34,310 nucleotides of DNA, from positions 1 to 34,310 of the forward strand of contig JAEXAZ010000216.1 in the NCBI GenBank assembly GCA_023394255.1, given 5' to 3'. The translations under genes and the position numbers were made by a program. The notes under the pieces were generated by a model. That model made no database searches. It had not been told where the DNA came from and worked only from the letters and a program-made list of their open reading frames with translations. The DNA is from Bacillota bacterium. Its GTDB lineage: Bacteria; Bacillota; Clostridia; Oscillospirales; Ruminococcaceae. Below, piece after piece: positions 19,774 through 28,865 of the stretch (its first letter is position 1; the number at the start of each line of letters is the position of its first letter).

Positions 19774-20628
19774 ATGGGTGAAAACGGCAATGATTTGATT
19801 CGGGTAATTTCCTTTAATTTAAAACGCGATTTCGGGCCTGCTCTGCGCCGGTCCCGCAGATGGAAGGAGCGGCGTTCCATCGCCGCCCAATTCATTCGTG
19901 AAAGCGGGGCAACGATTGTAGGCGTGCAGGAACTTTTGCCCGGGATGCGGGAGGATGTGCGAACCCTGTTGGATTCGGAATACAGCATCCTTGGCTTTGG
20001 CCGCTATAAGGGGCTGCGTCCCAAAAATGACGAACACAGCGATATCATTATTAAAAATGAGGATGCAAAAGTGACTTTTACCAAGACATTCTGGCTTTCC
20101 AAAAGCCCGGAACAGCTGAGCCGCGCCTATTTTGCGATTTTCCCGCGCATCTGCACCGTGGCGGAAGTACACGTCGAAAAACCGGGCTGTACCATCCGTG
20201 TGTTCAATACGCATCTGGACCATATCAGCGGAATCGCCAGGCTGCTGGGTGTCAAAGTGATTCTGGAATACATTTCTAAATTCAATCAGGAGAACCCGCT
20301 GCCCACGATTCTGATGGGCGACCTGAACTGCAAGCCGAAAAGCCGCCCGGTTCAGTTTTTGAACGACCACGTATTGGATTTTCCCGATGTCCACCTGACG
20401 GACGTCTATTCCAAGTTCGAGCCGTCCTCCCTTTCCAATACTTTTCATAATTTCAGCGGCAAAGTCGATTCCAGGGCCGACCCCATCGACTATATATTTG
20501 TGTCCGACGAATTTGAAATTGTCGAATCGCGAATTCTGACCGAACCTGTGGACGGCCGGTATCCTTCGGACCATTACCCGCTGATGGCAACCCTGCGGCT
20601 GAAAAAGGGCTTTCAGGGCAGTGAATAA
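19774..20628 (+). CDS. Endonuclease/exonuclease/phosphatase family protein
   Basis: SFNLK, VGVQE, FNTHLDH, LMGDLN, IDYIFVS, PSDHYP. Confidence 0.9.
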   Translation: MGENGNDLIRVISFNLKRDFGPALRRSRRWKERRSIAAQFIRESGATIVGVQELLPGMREDVRTLLDSEYSILGFGRYKGLRPKNDEHSDIIIKNEDAKVTFTKTFWLSKSPEQLSRAYFAIFPRICTVAEVHVEKPGCTIRVFNTHLDHISGIARLLGVKVILEYISKFNQENPLPTILMGDLNCKPKSRPVQFLNDHVLDFPDVHLTDVYSKFEPSSLSNTFHNFSGKVDSRADPIDYIFVSDEFEIVESRILTEPVDGRYPSDHYPLMATLRLKKGFQGSE

Positions 20629-20673
20629 GAGAACGCCCGTGAAATTGATACACGGGCGTTCTCTTATTCACTG
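20619..20673. terminator. 23-bp perfect inverted repeat / terminator between convergent genes
   Basis: CAGTGAATAAGAGAACGCCCGTG-aaattgata-CACGGGCGTTCTCTTATTCACTG. Confidence 0.75.
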
Positions 20674-20679
20674 GTTTTA

Positions 20680-20850
20680 TTACCTGCGCTTAAAGGATTG
20701 ACAGTCGGTGCACTGGACTTTGGCCGGGTCGGTTTCATGAGTACCGACCTGGATGCAATCCAAAGAACAGTTATTTGCTTTGGAAGCATGGTAAGCACAC
20801 TGGTTAACACTGCATTCGATGCTCGGATTGATGTTTTCTTGAGTCATCAT
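20680..20850 (-). CDS. DUF1540 small Cys-rich protein
   Basis: IECSVNQCAYH...CSLDCIQVG...CTDCQSF; AAAGGG RBS. Confidence 0.82.
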   Translation of the reverse strand: MMTQENINPSIECSVNQCAYHASKANNCSLDCIQVGTHETDPAKVQCTDCQSFKRR

Positions 20851-20933
20851 TGTTGAAGGCCCCTTTCTCATTCGGCTTTTCAAAATTTTTGTAAAAACAA
20901 AATCAGGACGCAACAGTAAGTTTACGTCCCGAT

Positions 20934-20962
20934 TAGTATGTACCGTTTCTCTTAAAAATTTC
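20934..20962 (-). promoter_or_regulatory. SigG-like (forespore) promoter for the DUF1540 gene
   Basis: GAAAT-17 bp-CATACTA on minus strand; -10 matches sigmaG consensus, -35 imperfect. Confidence 0.5.
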
Positions 20963-21132
20963 TGCCATTTTATGGATGTTCATAAAAATGATAAAATCTG
21001 TACGCAATATCTTTGTAGAAAACGTGAATCCGTGATGCTATAATAAGAACAGTTTTAAGGGTCTGCGGCCAGTGAAACTATTTTTAGAAAACAGCCATTG
21101 TTCATTTGAGTTCCAGGAATAGGAGTTATGAT

Positions 21133-22053
21133 ATGTTTAGGGTCCTTCATCTTGCAGGCGTACTGTTCTGCGCCGTATTGGTTGTTTTGCCTCTGGCCGG
21201 CTGTGGCGCAAGCCAGACCGACGCTTCCTCTGTTTCCCTTGCCCCATCGTCGGAAAGCCCGCCCGACAGCCAGTCTCAAAGCAGCCTTCCCTCCCAGCCG
21301 GCAGACGGCCAGGTTCGTCTCCCTCTGGAAAATACCGATTATAAAAAAGCGGAACTGCAGAATTATGAAACCATCGGAGCCCAGTTTTTCCAGAACGATA
21401 AACGATACTACCGCATTGCAAGCGCAATTTATCAATATCGGGATTATCATAACGCGCTGATTTTTGAGGAAAGCCTCTCCGATCTGGCGCAGGCGGACCC
21501 CGCTTTTCTGGTGGAAATCGCGGCTTCCCAGGCGCCGCATATCGATTTATACAGCGCGGCCTTCCGCAGCCTGCCCGCAGACTGCGCTCTCGGCAAATTT
21601 TTTAAACAGAAGAAAAATGCCGGTATCGCGGTGGGGCTCCTGTCTTACGGGGACGATGTGCGCGTGAAAGCAAAGGAGCTGTTCGGAAAGGATTATGTGC
21701 TGCCCAGGCTTGCCGGTCTTACCATTCAATATGACGCCGATCTTGACCTTTATTATATGAACAGAGACGGCGCCTCACTCGCGACAGATTACCCGGTAAT
21801 TATCAGCGAACTGGAGACGCCGGAGAAAGACGACTGCATCGCGGTGAAGGTACTGCGCCTGTGCTACTGGGACTTCAACGGCATCTGGTCTACCCCGGAC
21901 GGCAGTTGGGAAAGCGGGAAAATGTCCATGCAGGAGATCAAAAACTATGCGGTGAAGCAGATAGAGGCCGGAAACCGGCAGTTTATTCCGTCCACCTATT
22001 ATCTACAGGAAACAGACGGGACTCTGCGGGTTGTCGGCTTTCAAAAGTCATAA
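21133..22053 (+). CDS. Hypothetical lipoprotein
   Basis: AGGAG RBS, lipobox LAGC, Ser/Pro linker, no family recognised; TGcTATAAT promoter at 21036-21044. Confidence 0.7.
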   Translation: MFRVLHLAGVLFCAVLVVLPLAGCGASQTDASSVSLAPSSESPPDSQSQSSLPSQPADGQVRLPLENTDYKKAELQNYETIGAQFFQNDKRYYRIASAIYQYRDYHNALIFEESLSDLAQADPAFLVEIAASQAPHIDLYSAAFRSLPADCALGKFFKQKKNAGIAVGLLSYGDDVRVKAKELFGKDYVLPRLAGLTIQYDADLDLYYMNRDGASLATDYPVIISELETPEKDDCIAVKVLRLCYWDFNGIWSTPDGSWESGKMSMQEIKNYAVKQIEAGNRQFIPSTYYLQETDGTLRVVGFQKS

Positions 22054-22083
22054 AAAAATCCCCCGTTAACCGGGGGATTTTTT
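22052..22083. terminator. Bidirectional intrinsic terminator
   Basis: A-tract TCCCCC-gttaacc-GGGGGA T-tract. Confidence 0.8.
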
Positions 22084-22532
22084 TATGACTGAAACAGTTC
22101 GCCGACCATCTGATTCACAAGGCCGCCGTCCGCTTTTCCTTTGACAAGCGGCATCAGCACCTTCATAATCCGGCCTTTATCCTTTGCCTGGGGGGCTGTA
22201 ATGCCCAGTTCCGCAAGCACCTTTTGAATGACCGCACGGATTTCCTCTTCGCTCATGCTCTGCGGAGCGAATTCCGCAAGTACGCCAAGGCGGATTTTGC
22301 ATTCTTCCAAAAGGTCCGTACGCTCGGGAGGCGTGCTGTCCAGCGCCTCTTTGGTCTGTTTGATTTCCTTAAGGATAACAGCATCCTCTTCTTCCTCGGT
22401 CAGGTCGGCGCGTTTATCAATGTACTTTGCTTTCAGGGACGACAGCAGCAAAGACAAAACATCCTTGCGCGCCGCATCCTTTGCTTTCATCGCAGCGACC
22501 ATTTCCTGCCTTACCAAATCCATTTTCGACAT
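22083..22532 (-). CDS. GatB/YqeY domain protein
   Basis: AAMKAKD, FAPQSMSEEEI, KDKGRIMK, KGKADG. Confidence 0.88.
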   Translation of the reverse strand: MSKMDLVRQEMVAAMKAKDAARKDVLSLLLSSLKAKYIDKRADLTEEEEDAVILKEIKQTKEALDSTPPERTDLLEECKIRLGVLAEFAPQSMSEEEIRAVIQKVLAELGITAPQAKDKGRIMKVLMPLVKGKADGGLVNQMVGELFQS

Positions 22533-22609
22533 ACAGATGTTCCTCCATATAGATTGGAAGCGGACCAGTGTCTGTTTCCAGAATTACAAAATTGAATCCG
22601 CGCGATCGG

Positions 22610-23554
22610 TTAGTTTCCCGCGCGCCGCACAAGGTTTTTCAGTTCTTTTCCGCTGACATAATCCTTTAAATTGCCGAAGCTGATCTCAAAAATCCTGCGC
22701 ACGGTGTAAGCAAGATGGTTGCTTCCGGCCGAGTGCGGGGTGATGAGGACATTTTCCAGTTTCCACAGCGGATGATCCGGGGGCAGCGGCTCCGGCTCGG
22801 TAACGTCAAGCGCGGCCCCCCCAATTACTTTGCGCCTCATGGCATCACAAAGCGCCTCCGTGTCAATGACGCTGCCGCGTCCGCCGTTAAGCAAAACCGC
22901 GTCCGGCTTCATGCGCGCAATCCGTTCCTTATGGAACAGGCGGACCGTATTGTCCGACGCGGGCAGAAACAACGCCACAACATCCGCTTTTTCAAGTTCC
23001 GCGTCAAGCGCTTCCATGGGAAGCAGCTCATCCATCCACGCGGGCTTTTCCCCGACATGGCGGCGCAGCCCGACCGTATAGCCGCCTAATGCTTTGCATT
23101 TTTTCGCGAACTGTCCTCCGATATCCCCCAGACCGACGACTAAAACCCGCGCGCCCATGATCGTTTTGACATCGCCCTCGTCCGACCACTCGCAGCGGGT
23201 CTGATGATCACGGTAACGGTCAATCTTTTTATAAAGGCAGAGCAGCATCGCAAGCATATGCTCTGAAACCGCCAGTCCATAAGCGCCCGCGGCATTGGTG
23301 ATCACAACATTGGGGGGCAAAATAGACGTATAGGGGTCTGTTCCCGCGCTCTGCAGCTGCATCCATTCCAGATTCGGCGCATCCGACAGCAGTTGCGGCA
23401 GCACATTCCCGATGATTATATTTGCCTCACGGACCTGCTCCTGCGTAACCTCCGGAATTTTTAAAAACCGGAACTCCCAGTCAGGCGCCGCCTGCATCAT
23501 TTTATCCCGATCGTCCTGCGACGTATGGATTACGACCAATACCTTTTTCTTCAT
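22610..23554 (-). CDS. D-2-hydroxyacid dehydrogenase
   Basis: QLQSAGTD, VGLGDIG, LNGGRG, ALDVTEPEPLP, ITPHSAG; promoter TTGTAT-17-TATAAT at 23663-23635. Confidence 0.92.
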   Translation of the reverse strand: MKKKVLVVIHTSQDDRDKMMQAAPDWEFRFLKIPEVTQEQVREANIIIGNVLPQLLSDAPNLEWMQLQSAGTDPYTSILPPNVVITNAAGAYGLAVSEHMLAMLLCLYKKIDRYRDHQTRCEWSDEGDVKTIMGARVLVVGLGDIGGQFAKKCKALGGYTVGLRRHVGEKPAWMDELLPMEALDAELEKADVVALFLPASDNTVRLFHKERIARMKPDAVLLNGGRGSVIDTEALCDAMRRKVIGGAALDVTEPEPLPPDHPLWKLENVLITPHSAGSNHLAYTVRRIFEISFGNLKDYVSGKELKNLVRRAGN

Positions 23555-23784
23555 GTGTAGGTTCCTCCCCTATTTTGGCACTACATCCGGCACGACCCAA
23601 AAGCGTCCGCCGATGCCCAAACAATAACAGTTAAATTATAGCATTATCCGGACTGATATACAACACCACTTTTCTCCTGATTGGCATGTAAATGGTAATA
23701 AGGCGCGCCTTATTGCCAAAGATAATAGCAGCCACAGCCGAAACGGCGCGGCGCCAAACGGTCATATGTTTTTTTGAAATATGC

Positions 23785-23838
23785 TTGACTGGGGCAGAAA
23801 AAGTGCTATACTTTAAATGCAAATGATTTCCATTTGCA
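23785..23838 (+). promoter_or_regulatory. SigA promoter with downstream Fur-family (probably Zur) operator
   Basis: TTGACT..TGcTATACT, then dyad TGCAAATG-atttc-CATTTGCA (23818-23838) over the predicted transcription start. Confidence 0.75.
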
Positions 23839-23887
23839 ATCATTCGTATCACAAAAACCTTTTACATCTTGAGCAAGGAGCCAGAAC

Positions 23888-24880
23888 ATGAAAAAACAGA
23901 TCGCCCCTATTCTTTCTTCCATTGTTGCCGTGATTCTGATGGCAGGCTGCGGAACCGCAACCCTGTCGTCTTCCGCCGGCAGCGGTTCGCTTTCTGCACA
24001 GTCCGCGGAACCGCCGCAGTCTTCGGAGGATGCAGATAAGCTGAACATCTATACCAGCTTTTACCCCATGTATGATTTTACGGTAAAAGTCGGCGGTGAT
24101 AAAGTCCATGTAACCAATCTTGTTCCCGCCGGGACCGAGCCGCATGACTGGGAGCCTTCAACCACCGATCTCGCGAATCTGGAAAGAGCCGATGTGCTGG
24201 TGTACAGTGGCGCGGGCATGGAGCACTGGATTGATAAAGTTGTCGGTTCCCTGACAAATAAAGAGCTCGTCACGGTGGAAGCTTCGAAGGGCATTGCCCT
24301 TCAGGAAGGGCATCACGATGAAGAGGAGGAAGCTGATGAGCATGAGGAAGAGTCGGCATACGATCCTCACGTCTGGATCAGCATCCGGAATGCCAGGACG
24401 GAAATGGAAAACATTAAAAACGCGCTTGTCCAGGCGGACCCGGACAACGCCGCTTTCTATGAAGAGAACTATGCCGGCTATGCGAAGGAGTTCGACGAGC
24501 TGGATCAAAAATTTGCGGATCAGCTTTCCGCGCTCCCCAACAAAACCATTGTCGTTGCGCATGAAGCGTTTGGCTATCTCTGCGGCGATTACGGCCTGAC
24601 ACAGATGGGAATTGAGGGGCTGTCCGCCGATTCCGAGCCTGACCCCGCGCGCATGGCGGAGATTATCCGGTTTGCAAGGGACAACAATGTCAAAACCATC
24701 TTTTTCGAAGAGCTTGTCAGCCCCAAAACCGCCGAAGCCATCGCTTCTGAAATCGGCGTGAAAACCGATATGCTCAACCCACTGGAAGGCCTCACCGAAG
24801 AACAGCTCACGGCCGGAGAAGATTATTTATCTGTTATGGAAAAGAATCTGGAAACGCTTACCGCCTCTTTGAAAGAATGA
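23888..24880 (+). CDS. znuA: Zinc ABC transporter substrate-binding lipoprotein (ZnuA/AdcA)
   Basis: Lipobox MAGC, TSFYPMY, EPHDWEP, His/acidic loop, DPHVW, VAHEAFGY. Confidence 0.9.
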   Translation: MKKQIAPILSSIVAVILMAGCGTATLSSSAGSGSLSAQSAEPPQSSEDADKLNIYTSFYPMYDFTVKVGGDKVHVTNLVPAGTEPHDWEPSTTDLANLERADVLVYSGAGMEHWIDKVVGSLTNKELVTVEASKGIALQEGHHDEEEEADEHEEESAYDPHVWISIRNARTEMENIKNALVQADPDNAAFYEENYAGYAKEFDELDQKFADQLSALPNKTIVVAHEAFGYLCGDYGLTQMGIEGLSADSEPDPARMAEIIRFARDNNVKTIFFEELVSPKTAEAIASEIGVKTDMLNPLEGLTEEQLTAGEDYLSVMEKNLETLTASLKE

Positions 24881-24883
24881 CGA

Positions 24884-25567
24884 ATGATGAAACAGCTGTT
24901 ATCAATTCAGGACTTATGCTTTGCCTATGACAAGGAAATTATACTGGACCATGTGAACGCAGAGATCATGGAGGGTGATTTTGTCGGTGTCATCGGCTCA
25001 AACGGAACAGGAAAAAGCACGCTGATCCGGCTTCTGCTGGGTCAGCTTCGCCCTGTCTCCGGTGAAATTACAATTTTGGGAACTCCCGTCGGCCAGTTCC
25101 GTGAGTGGCCTAAAATCGGCTATGTCCCCCAGGTAGGCGGCGACGCCCACCGTGAATTTCCCGCCACCGCAAAAGAAATTGTCACGCTCAGCGAGTTTTC
25201 CAGTATCGGATTCATGCGCATGCCCCGCAGACGCCATATAGACAGGGCCGTCCGGGCACTGGAGACAGTTGAAATGGGCGGCTATCAGAATCGCCAGCTG
25301 AGCGCGTTGTCCGGCGGCCAATTCCAGCGGGTGATGATTGCAAAGGCTCTGGTGAACGAGCCGAAACTTCTGATTTTGGATGAACCGACTTCCGGCATTG
25401 ACGCCCATTCCAAAACCATCTTATTTCGCCTTTTGCAAACTTTAAACCGGCAGGGCATTACTATTTTAATGGTTACCCACGATATCAATGAAACCGGGCA
25501 ATATGTGAACCGGTTTCTGGAGCTCAAGGATCAGACGATCTGTGAAGTCAGAATTGGAGAACGCTAG
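24884..25567 (+). CDS. znuC: Zinc ABC transporter ATPase
   Basis: GSNGTGKST, IGYVPQ, LSGGQFQR, LILDEPT, VTHD. Confidence 0.9.
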   Translation: MMKQLLSIQDLCFAYDKEIILDHVNAEIMEGDFVGVIGSNGTGKSTLIRLLLGQLRPVSGEITILGTPVGQFREWPKIGYVPQVGGDAHREFPATAKEIVTLSEFSSIGFMRMPRRRHIDRAVRALETVEMGGYQNRQLSALSGGQFQRVMIAKALVNEPKLLILDEPTSGIDAHSKTILFRLLQTLNRQGITILMVTHDINETGQYVNRFLELKDQTICEVRIGER

Positions 25568-26409
25568 TGGAAATTTTTGAATTTGCATTTATGCGCAAGG
25601 CTTTTCTTGTCGGCATTCTGCTTGCGGTGATTATCCCCTGCATCGGCGTGATCGTGGTGTTTAAGCGCCTTTCGATGATCGGCGACGCCTTATCGCACAC
25701 CTCGCTCGCGGGGGTTGCGGCCGGACTGATCGGGGGGATCAATCCGGTGGTCGGCGCCATGATTGCGTGCACCGGCGCGGCATTCGGGATCGAAGCCATC
25801 CGCAAAAAAATCCCCCGCTATTCGGAAATGTCGATCGCCATTATCATGTCGGCCGGCGTTGGCCTCGCGGGAATCCTGTCGGGCTTTGTCCCCAACGCGG
25901 CGGGATTCAACAGCTTTCTGTTTGGAAGCATTGTCGCAATCAGCGATTTTGAACTGAAGCTGGTGGTCACCGTCAGCATCATCGTCGCCGGTTGCTTTCT
26001 GCTGTTTTATAAGGAACTCTGCTATATCGCTTTCGATGAAAATTCCGCCCGTCTGTCGGGGGTGCCGGTTGACCTGGTCAATTTCATTTTCACCCTTTTG
26101 ACCGCCGTAACCGTGTCGGTCGCCGCCAGAACGGTGGGAGCGCTGATGGTTTCCTCCCTGATGGTTATCCCGGTCTCATGCTCCCTCCAGATAGCAAAAA
26201 GCTACCGTCAGACAGTCTGCTGGTCGATTGTATTTGCGGTATCGTCAACGGTAATCGGCTTGTTTGTCGCCTATTACGGCGGATTGAAGCCCGGCGGCAC
26301 AATCGTATTAACAGGTGTGCTCTTCCTCTTCCTCCTGTTCTTCATGAAGGCGGTTTTTCACAAACTCCGGTACAGGGCTTCCAAAATGGCGGAGTCCCAA
26401 AGTACTTAA
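25567..26409 (+). CDS. znuB: Zinc ABC transporter permease
   Basis: IGDALSHTSLAG, FLFGSI, VGALMVSSLMVIP, PGGTIV. Confidence 0.9.
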   Translation: MEIFEFAFMRKAFLVGILLAVIIPCIGVIVVFKRLSMIGDALSHTSLAGVAAGLIGGINPVVGAMIACTGAAFGIEAIRKKIPRYSEMSIAIIMSAGVGLAGILSGFVPNAAGFNSFLFGSIVAISDFELKLVVTVSIIVAGCFLLFYKELCYIAFDENSARLSGVPVDLVNFIFTLLTAVTVSVAARTVGALMVSSLMVIPVSCSLQIAKSYRQTVCWSIVFAVSSTVIGLFVAYYGGLKPGGTIVLTGVLFLFLLFFMKAVFHKLRYRASKMAESQST

Positions 26410-26420
26410 CCAATCGGCCG

Positions 26421-26455
26421 AAATGCCCGGGCGCGGAATGCATCCGGGCATTTTT
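26421..26455 (+). terminator. Intrinsic terminator of the znu operon
   Basis: AAATGCCCGG...CCGGGCATTTTT. Confidence 0.75.
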
Positions 26456-26517
26456 ATTAACTTTGATCGGTAATTTTTTGTAATTGCCTGATGCGGCCGG
26501 GAGCGGGAGAAGCGGTC

Positions 26518-26546
26518 GAATAAACGGTTTCGAATAACAGATACTA
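26518..26546 (+). promoter_or_regulatory. SigG-like promoter
   Basis: GAATA-17 bp-GATACTA (consensus GHATR-N17/18-CATACTA). Confidence 0.5.
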
Positions 26547-26584
26547 AATTCGCCGGCCGGGGAGCACTGAAAGGAGAACACAGG

Positions 26585-26731
26585 ATGGATAACAATAAAA
26601 ACCGCATGCGGGACAGGGAAAAAAACAATCCTGAACTGCGAAAAATGGACCCGAAAAGGAACGCCGACGCCGGCATCATGGACGGGCATAAAATCGGCGT
26701 GCATGAAAGTAAGCACGAGAAGAAAAGCTGA
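26585..26731 (+). CDS. Small 48-aa hydrophilic protein (absent from ORF track)
   Basis: AAAGGAG RBS, ATG 26585 to TGA 26729-26731: MDNNKNRMRDREKNNPELRKMDPKRNADAGIMDGHKIGVHESKHEKKS. Confidence 0.6.
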   Translation: MDNNKNRMRDREKNNPELRKMDPKRNADAGIMDGHKIGVHESKHEKKS

Positions 26732-26772
26732 AAAAGAATTCGTTTTTGCAAGCAAACAATGAGGTGAATAAA

Positions 26773-26982
26773 ATGTATACGATGTTATGCAGTGTGTCGG
26801 GAATTCCAAACAAGGAATCCAAAACCCAGATTAAAAACGCGCTGGACAAGATTGAAGGCGTGCAGGAAGTCGGCGTCAATCAGCGCACAAGCACCATTAA
26901 AGTAGATTATAACGAGCCTGCGTCGGCGACCGAAATCAAAGACTGCATTGAAAAATCAGGCTTTAAAATCGTTTATGAATGA
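26773..26982 (+). CDS. Heavy-metal-associated (CopZ-fold) protein lacking CxxC
   Basis: VSG...IKNALDKIEGVQEVGVN...VDYN...EIKDCIEKSGF pattern; GAGGTG RBS. Confidence 0.75.
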   Translation: MYTMLCSVSGIPNKESKTQIKNALDKIEGVQEVGVNQRTSTIKVDYNEPASATEIKDCIEKSGFKIVYE

Positions 26983-27013
26983 TAAGTCTCCCATCAAAGC
27001 CTGATTCTGAGGA

Positions 27014-27041
27014 AGCATCTACAACTTGTAGGTGCTTTTTT
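27014..27041 (+). terminator. Intrinsic terminator
   Basis: AAGCATCTACA-act-TGTAGGTGC followed by T-tract. Confidence 0.75.
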
Positions 27042-27141
27042 GTATCAGCCGTCAGATCCCGAATTCCCCTGTCCCGGTTGACAGGGACGGGAAGCGGCGG
27101 TAAGATATCCAAAACAAAGATTATATTTTAAAGGGGAAACT

Positions 27142-27927
27142 ATGAACCATGATTTGAACAGGCGGCTGATGCATGTGGAGCAAAAAGAGGCGCGGCTGCT
27201 GGCAAAAATGTCGCGTCCCGCCGCTTTCCGGTACGCTTCTCCCGCGAAATGGAAGCTCCCGATTCCGGACGGTCTGAACCAGACGCTGGAAGCCGCGTTT
27301 TATAAGGGCTTTCAGCTGATTTTGGGGAAAGGCTCTAAACTTCTGGAAAAAACCTACGACAAAGAGCAGCTCCTGTTGGACCATGAACTGCATGCGCTTG
27401 GCTATGCGAAAAAACCGAGCCGGAAAAATCTGTCGCGCATCAGCCGTCAGGCGGATAAAAGCGTGCGGCTGAACAGGCTTACCGCGGCGGTGGAAGGAAC
27501 CGTTCTTGGCGTTTTGGGGATCGGCCTTCCCGATATTCCGCTGTTCATCGGCATGCTGCTTCGGACCATCTATGAGATCGCGCTCAGCTACGGTTTTTCC
27601 TATGACGAGCCGGAAGAGCGGTATTATGTCCTAAAGCTGATCGAAGCCTCCCTTGCCGGCCCGGAGGCGCTCATCAGGCAGAATGCGGAGGTTGACGCCG
27701 CCGCCTATTGCCTCAACCGGAAACAACCGTTTTTGTATGATCTTTCCCTGCAGATGCAGGCGGCTTCCCGTTCGCTGGCCGCCGAAATGATCACAATGAA
27801 ATTCATTCAGGGTCTTCCGGTGGTCGGCGCTGTCGGTGGGATTTCCAACTTTGCGTGCCACAAAAAAATCATCGACTATGTCCGTATCAAGTACGAAAAG
27901 AGGTATCTGTTATACAAGCAGCTTTAA
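27142..27927 (+). CDS. EcsC family protein
   Basis: [42 protein letters not shown]; promoter TTGACA-17-TAAGAT at 27078-27106. Confidence 0.82.
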   Translation: MNHDLNRRLMHVEQKEARLLAKMSRPAAFRYASPAKWKLPIPDGLNQTLEAAFYKGFQLILGKGSKLLEKTYDKEQLLLDHELHALGYAKKPSRKNLSRISRQADKSVRLNRLTAAVEGTVLGVLGIGLPDIPLFIGMLLRTIYEIALSYGFSYDEPEERYYVLKLIEASLAGPEALIRQNAEVDAAAYCLNRKQPFLYDLSLQMQAASRSLAAEMITMKFIQGLPVVGAVGGISNFACHKKIIDYVRIKYEKRYLLYKQL

Positions 27928-28863
27928 CAGATACCCATAGCCTTCCTGCTCCATCTCCTCCTTTGGAATGAAACGAAGCGCGGCGCTGTTGATGCAGTAC
28001 CGAAGGCCGCCCGATTCGCGCGGGCCGTCCTCAAACACATGGCCGAGGTGCGCGTTCCCGACGCGGCTGCGCACTTCGGTCCGCAGCATGCCAAACGAAC
28101 GGTCTGTCTTTTCCTGAACGACCTCCGGTGAAATCGGCTTTGAAAAGCTCGGCCATCCGCAGCCGGACTCAAACTGGTCTGCCGAGACGAAAAGCGGTTC
28201 GCCCGTGGTGATGTCCACATAGATGCCCTGCCGGAAGTGGTCCCAGAACGCATTCTGAAAAGGCGGCTCGGTTGCGTTTTCCTGCGTCACGCGGTACTGT
28301 GTTTCCGTCAGCGTGCGGCGCAGGGATTCCGGATCGGGCGTCTGATAATTTTCGGGGCGTACCGCCGCCGCGCGTTTGGCCTTACGGAACTTGTCCGCAC
28401 CGATGTGGCAGTAGCCTCCGGGATTCTTATCCAGATAGCTTTGATGATACTCCTCCGCCGGATAAAAGTGGTCCAGCGGCTTGCGTTCGATTGCCAGAGG
28501 CTTTTGATAGTGTTTCTGAAGGTCTGCGAGGGAACGCTCAACCACAGGCCGGTCCTGTTCGTCCACATAATAGATGCCGGTGCGGTACTGCGTGCCCACG
28601 TCCCCGCCCTGCCGGTTGAGCGACGTCGGGTCAATGGCGTCATAAAACAGGTCCAGCAGGAATGTGAGAGGCAGGACATGCCGGTCATACACCACTCTGA
28701 CCGTTTCGGCATGCCCGGTATTGTTCCGGCAGACCTCTTCATAGGTCGGATGCTCCGTCCTCCCGTTTGCATACCCCACCTGTGTGGACTCCACCCCGGG
28801 AACCGACGCAAGATACTTTTCCATCCCCCAAAAGCAGCCTCCCGCCAGATAAATCTCCGCCAT
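27910..28863 (-). CDS. msrAB: Bifunctional peptide methionine sulfoxide reductase MsrA/MsrB
   Basis: AGGCFWG, AEEYHQ (MsrA); GCGWPSF, HLGHVF, RYCINS (MsrB); ATG 28863 after GGAGGAGG. Confidence 0.96.
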   Translation of the reverse strand: MAEIYLAGGCFWGMEKYLASVPGVESTQVGYANGRTEHPTYEEVCRNNTGHAETVRVVYDRHVLPLTFLLDLFYDAIDPTSLNRQGGDVGTQYRTGIYYVDEQDRPVVERSLADLQKHYQKPLAIERKPLDHFYPAEEYHQSYLDKNPGGYCHIGADKFRKAKRAAAVRPENYQTPDPESLRRTLTETQYRVTQENATEPPFQNAFWDHFRQGIYVDITTGEPLFVSADQFESGCGWPSFSKPISPEVVQEKTDRSFGMLRTEVRSRVGNAHLGHVFEDGPRESGGLRYCINSAALRFIPKEEMEQEGYGYLLKLLV

Positions 28864-28865
28864 TT

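Noticed and set aside
20619..20673. 23-bp inverted repeat as a MITE/REP element
   Set aside because: Single copy in the window, no target duplication seen; position between convergent genes fits a terminator.
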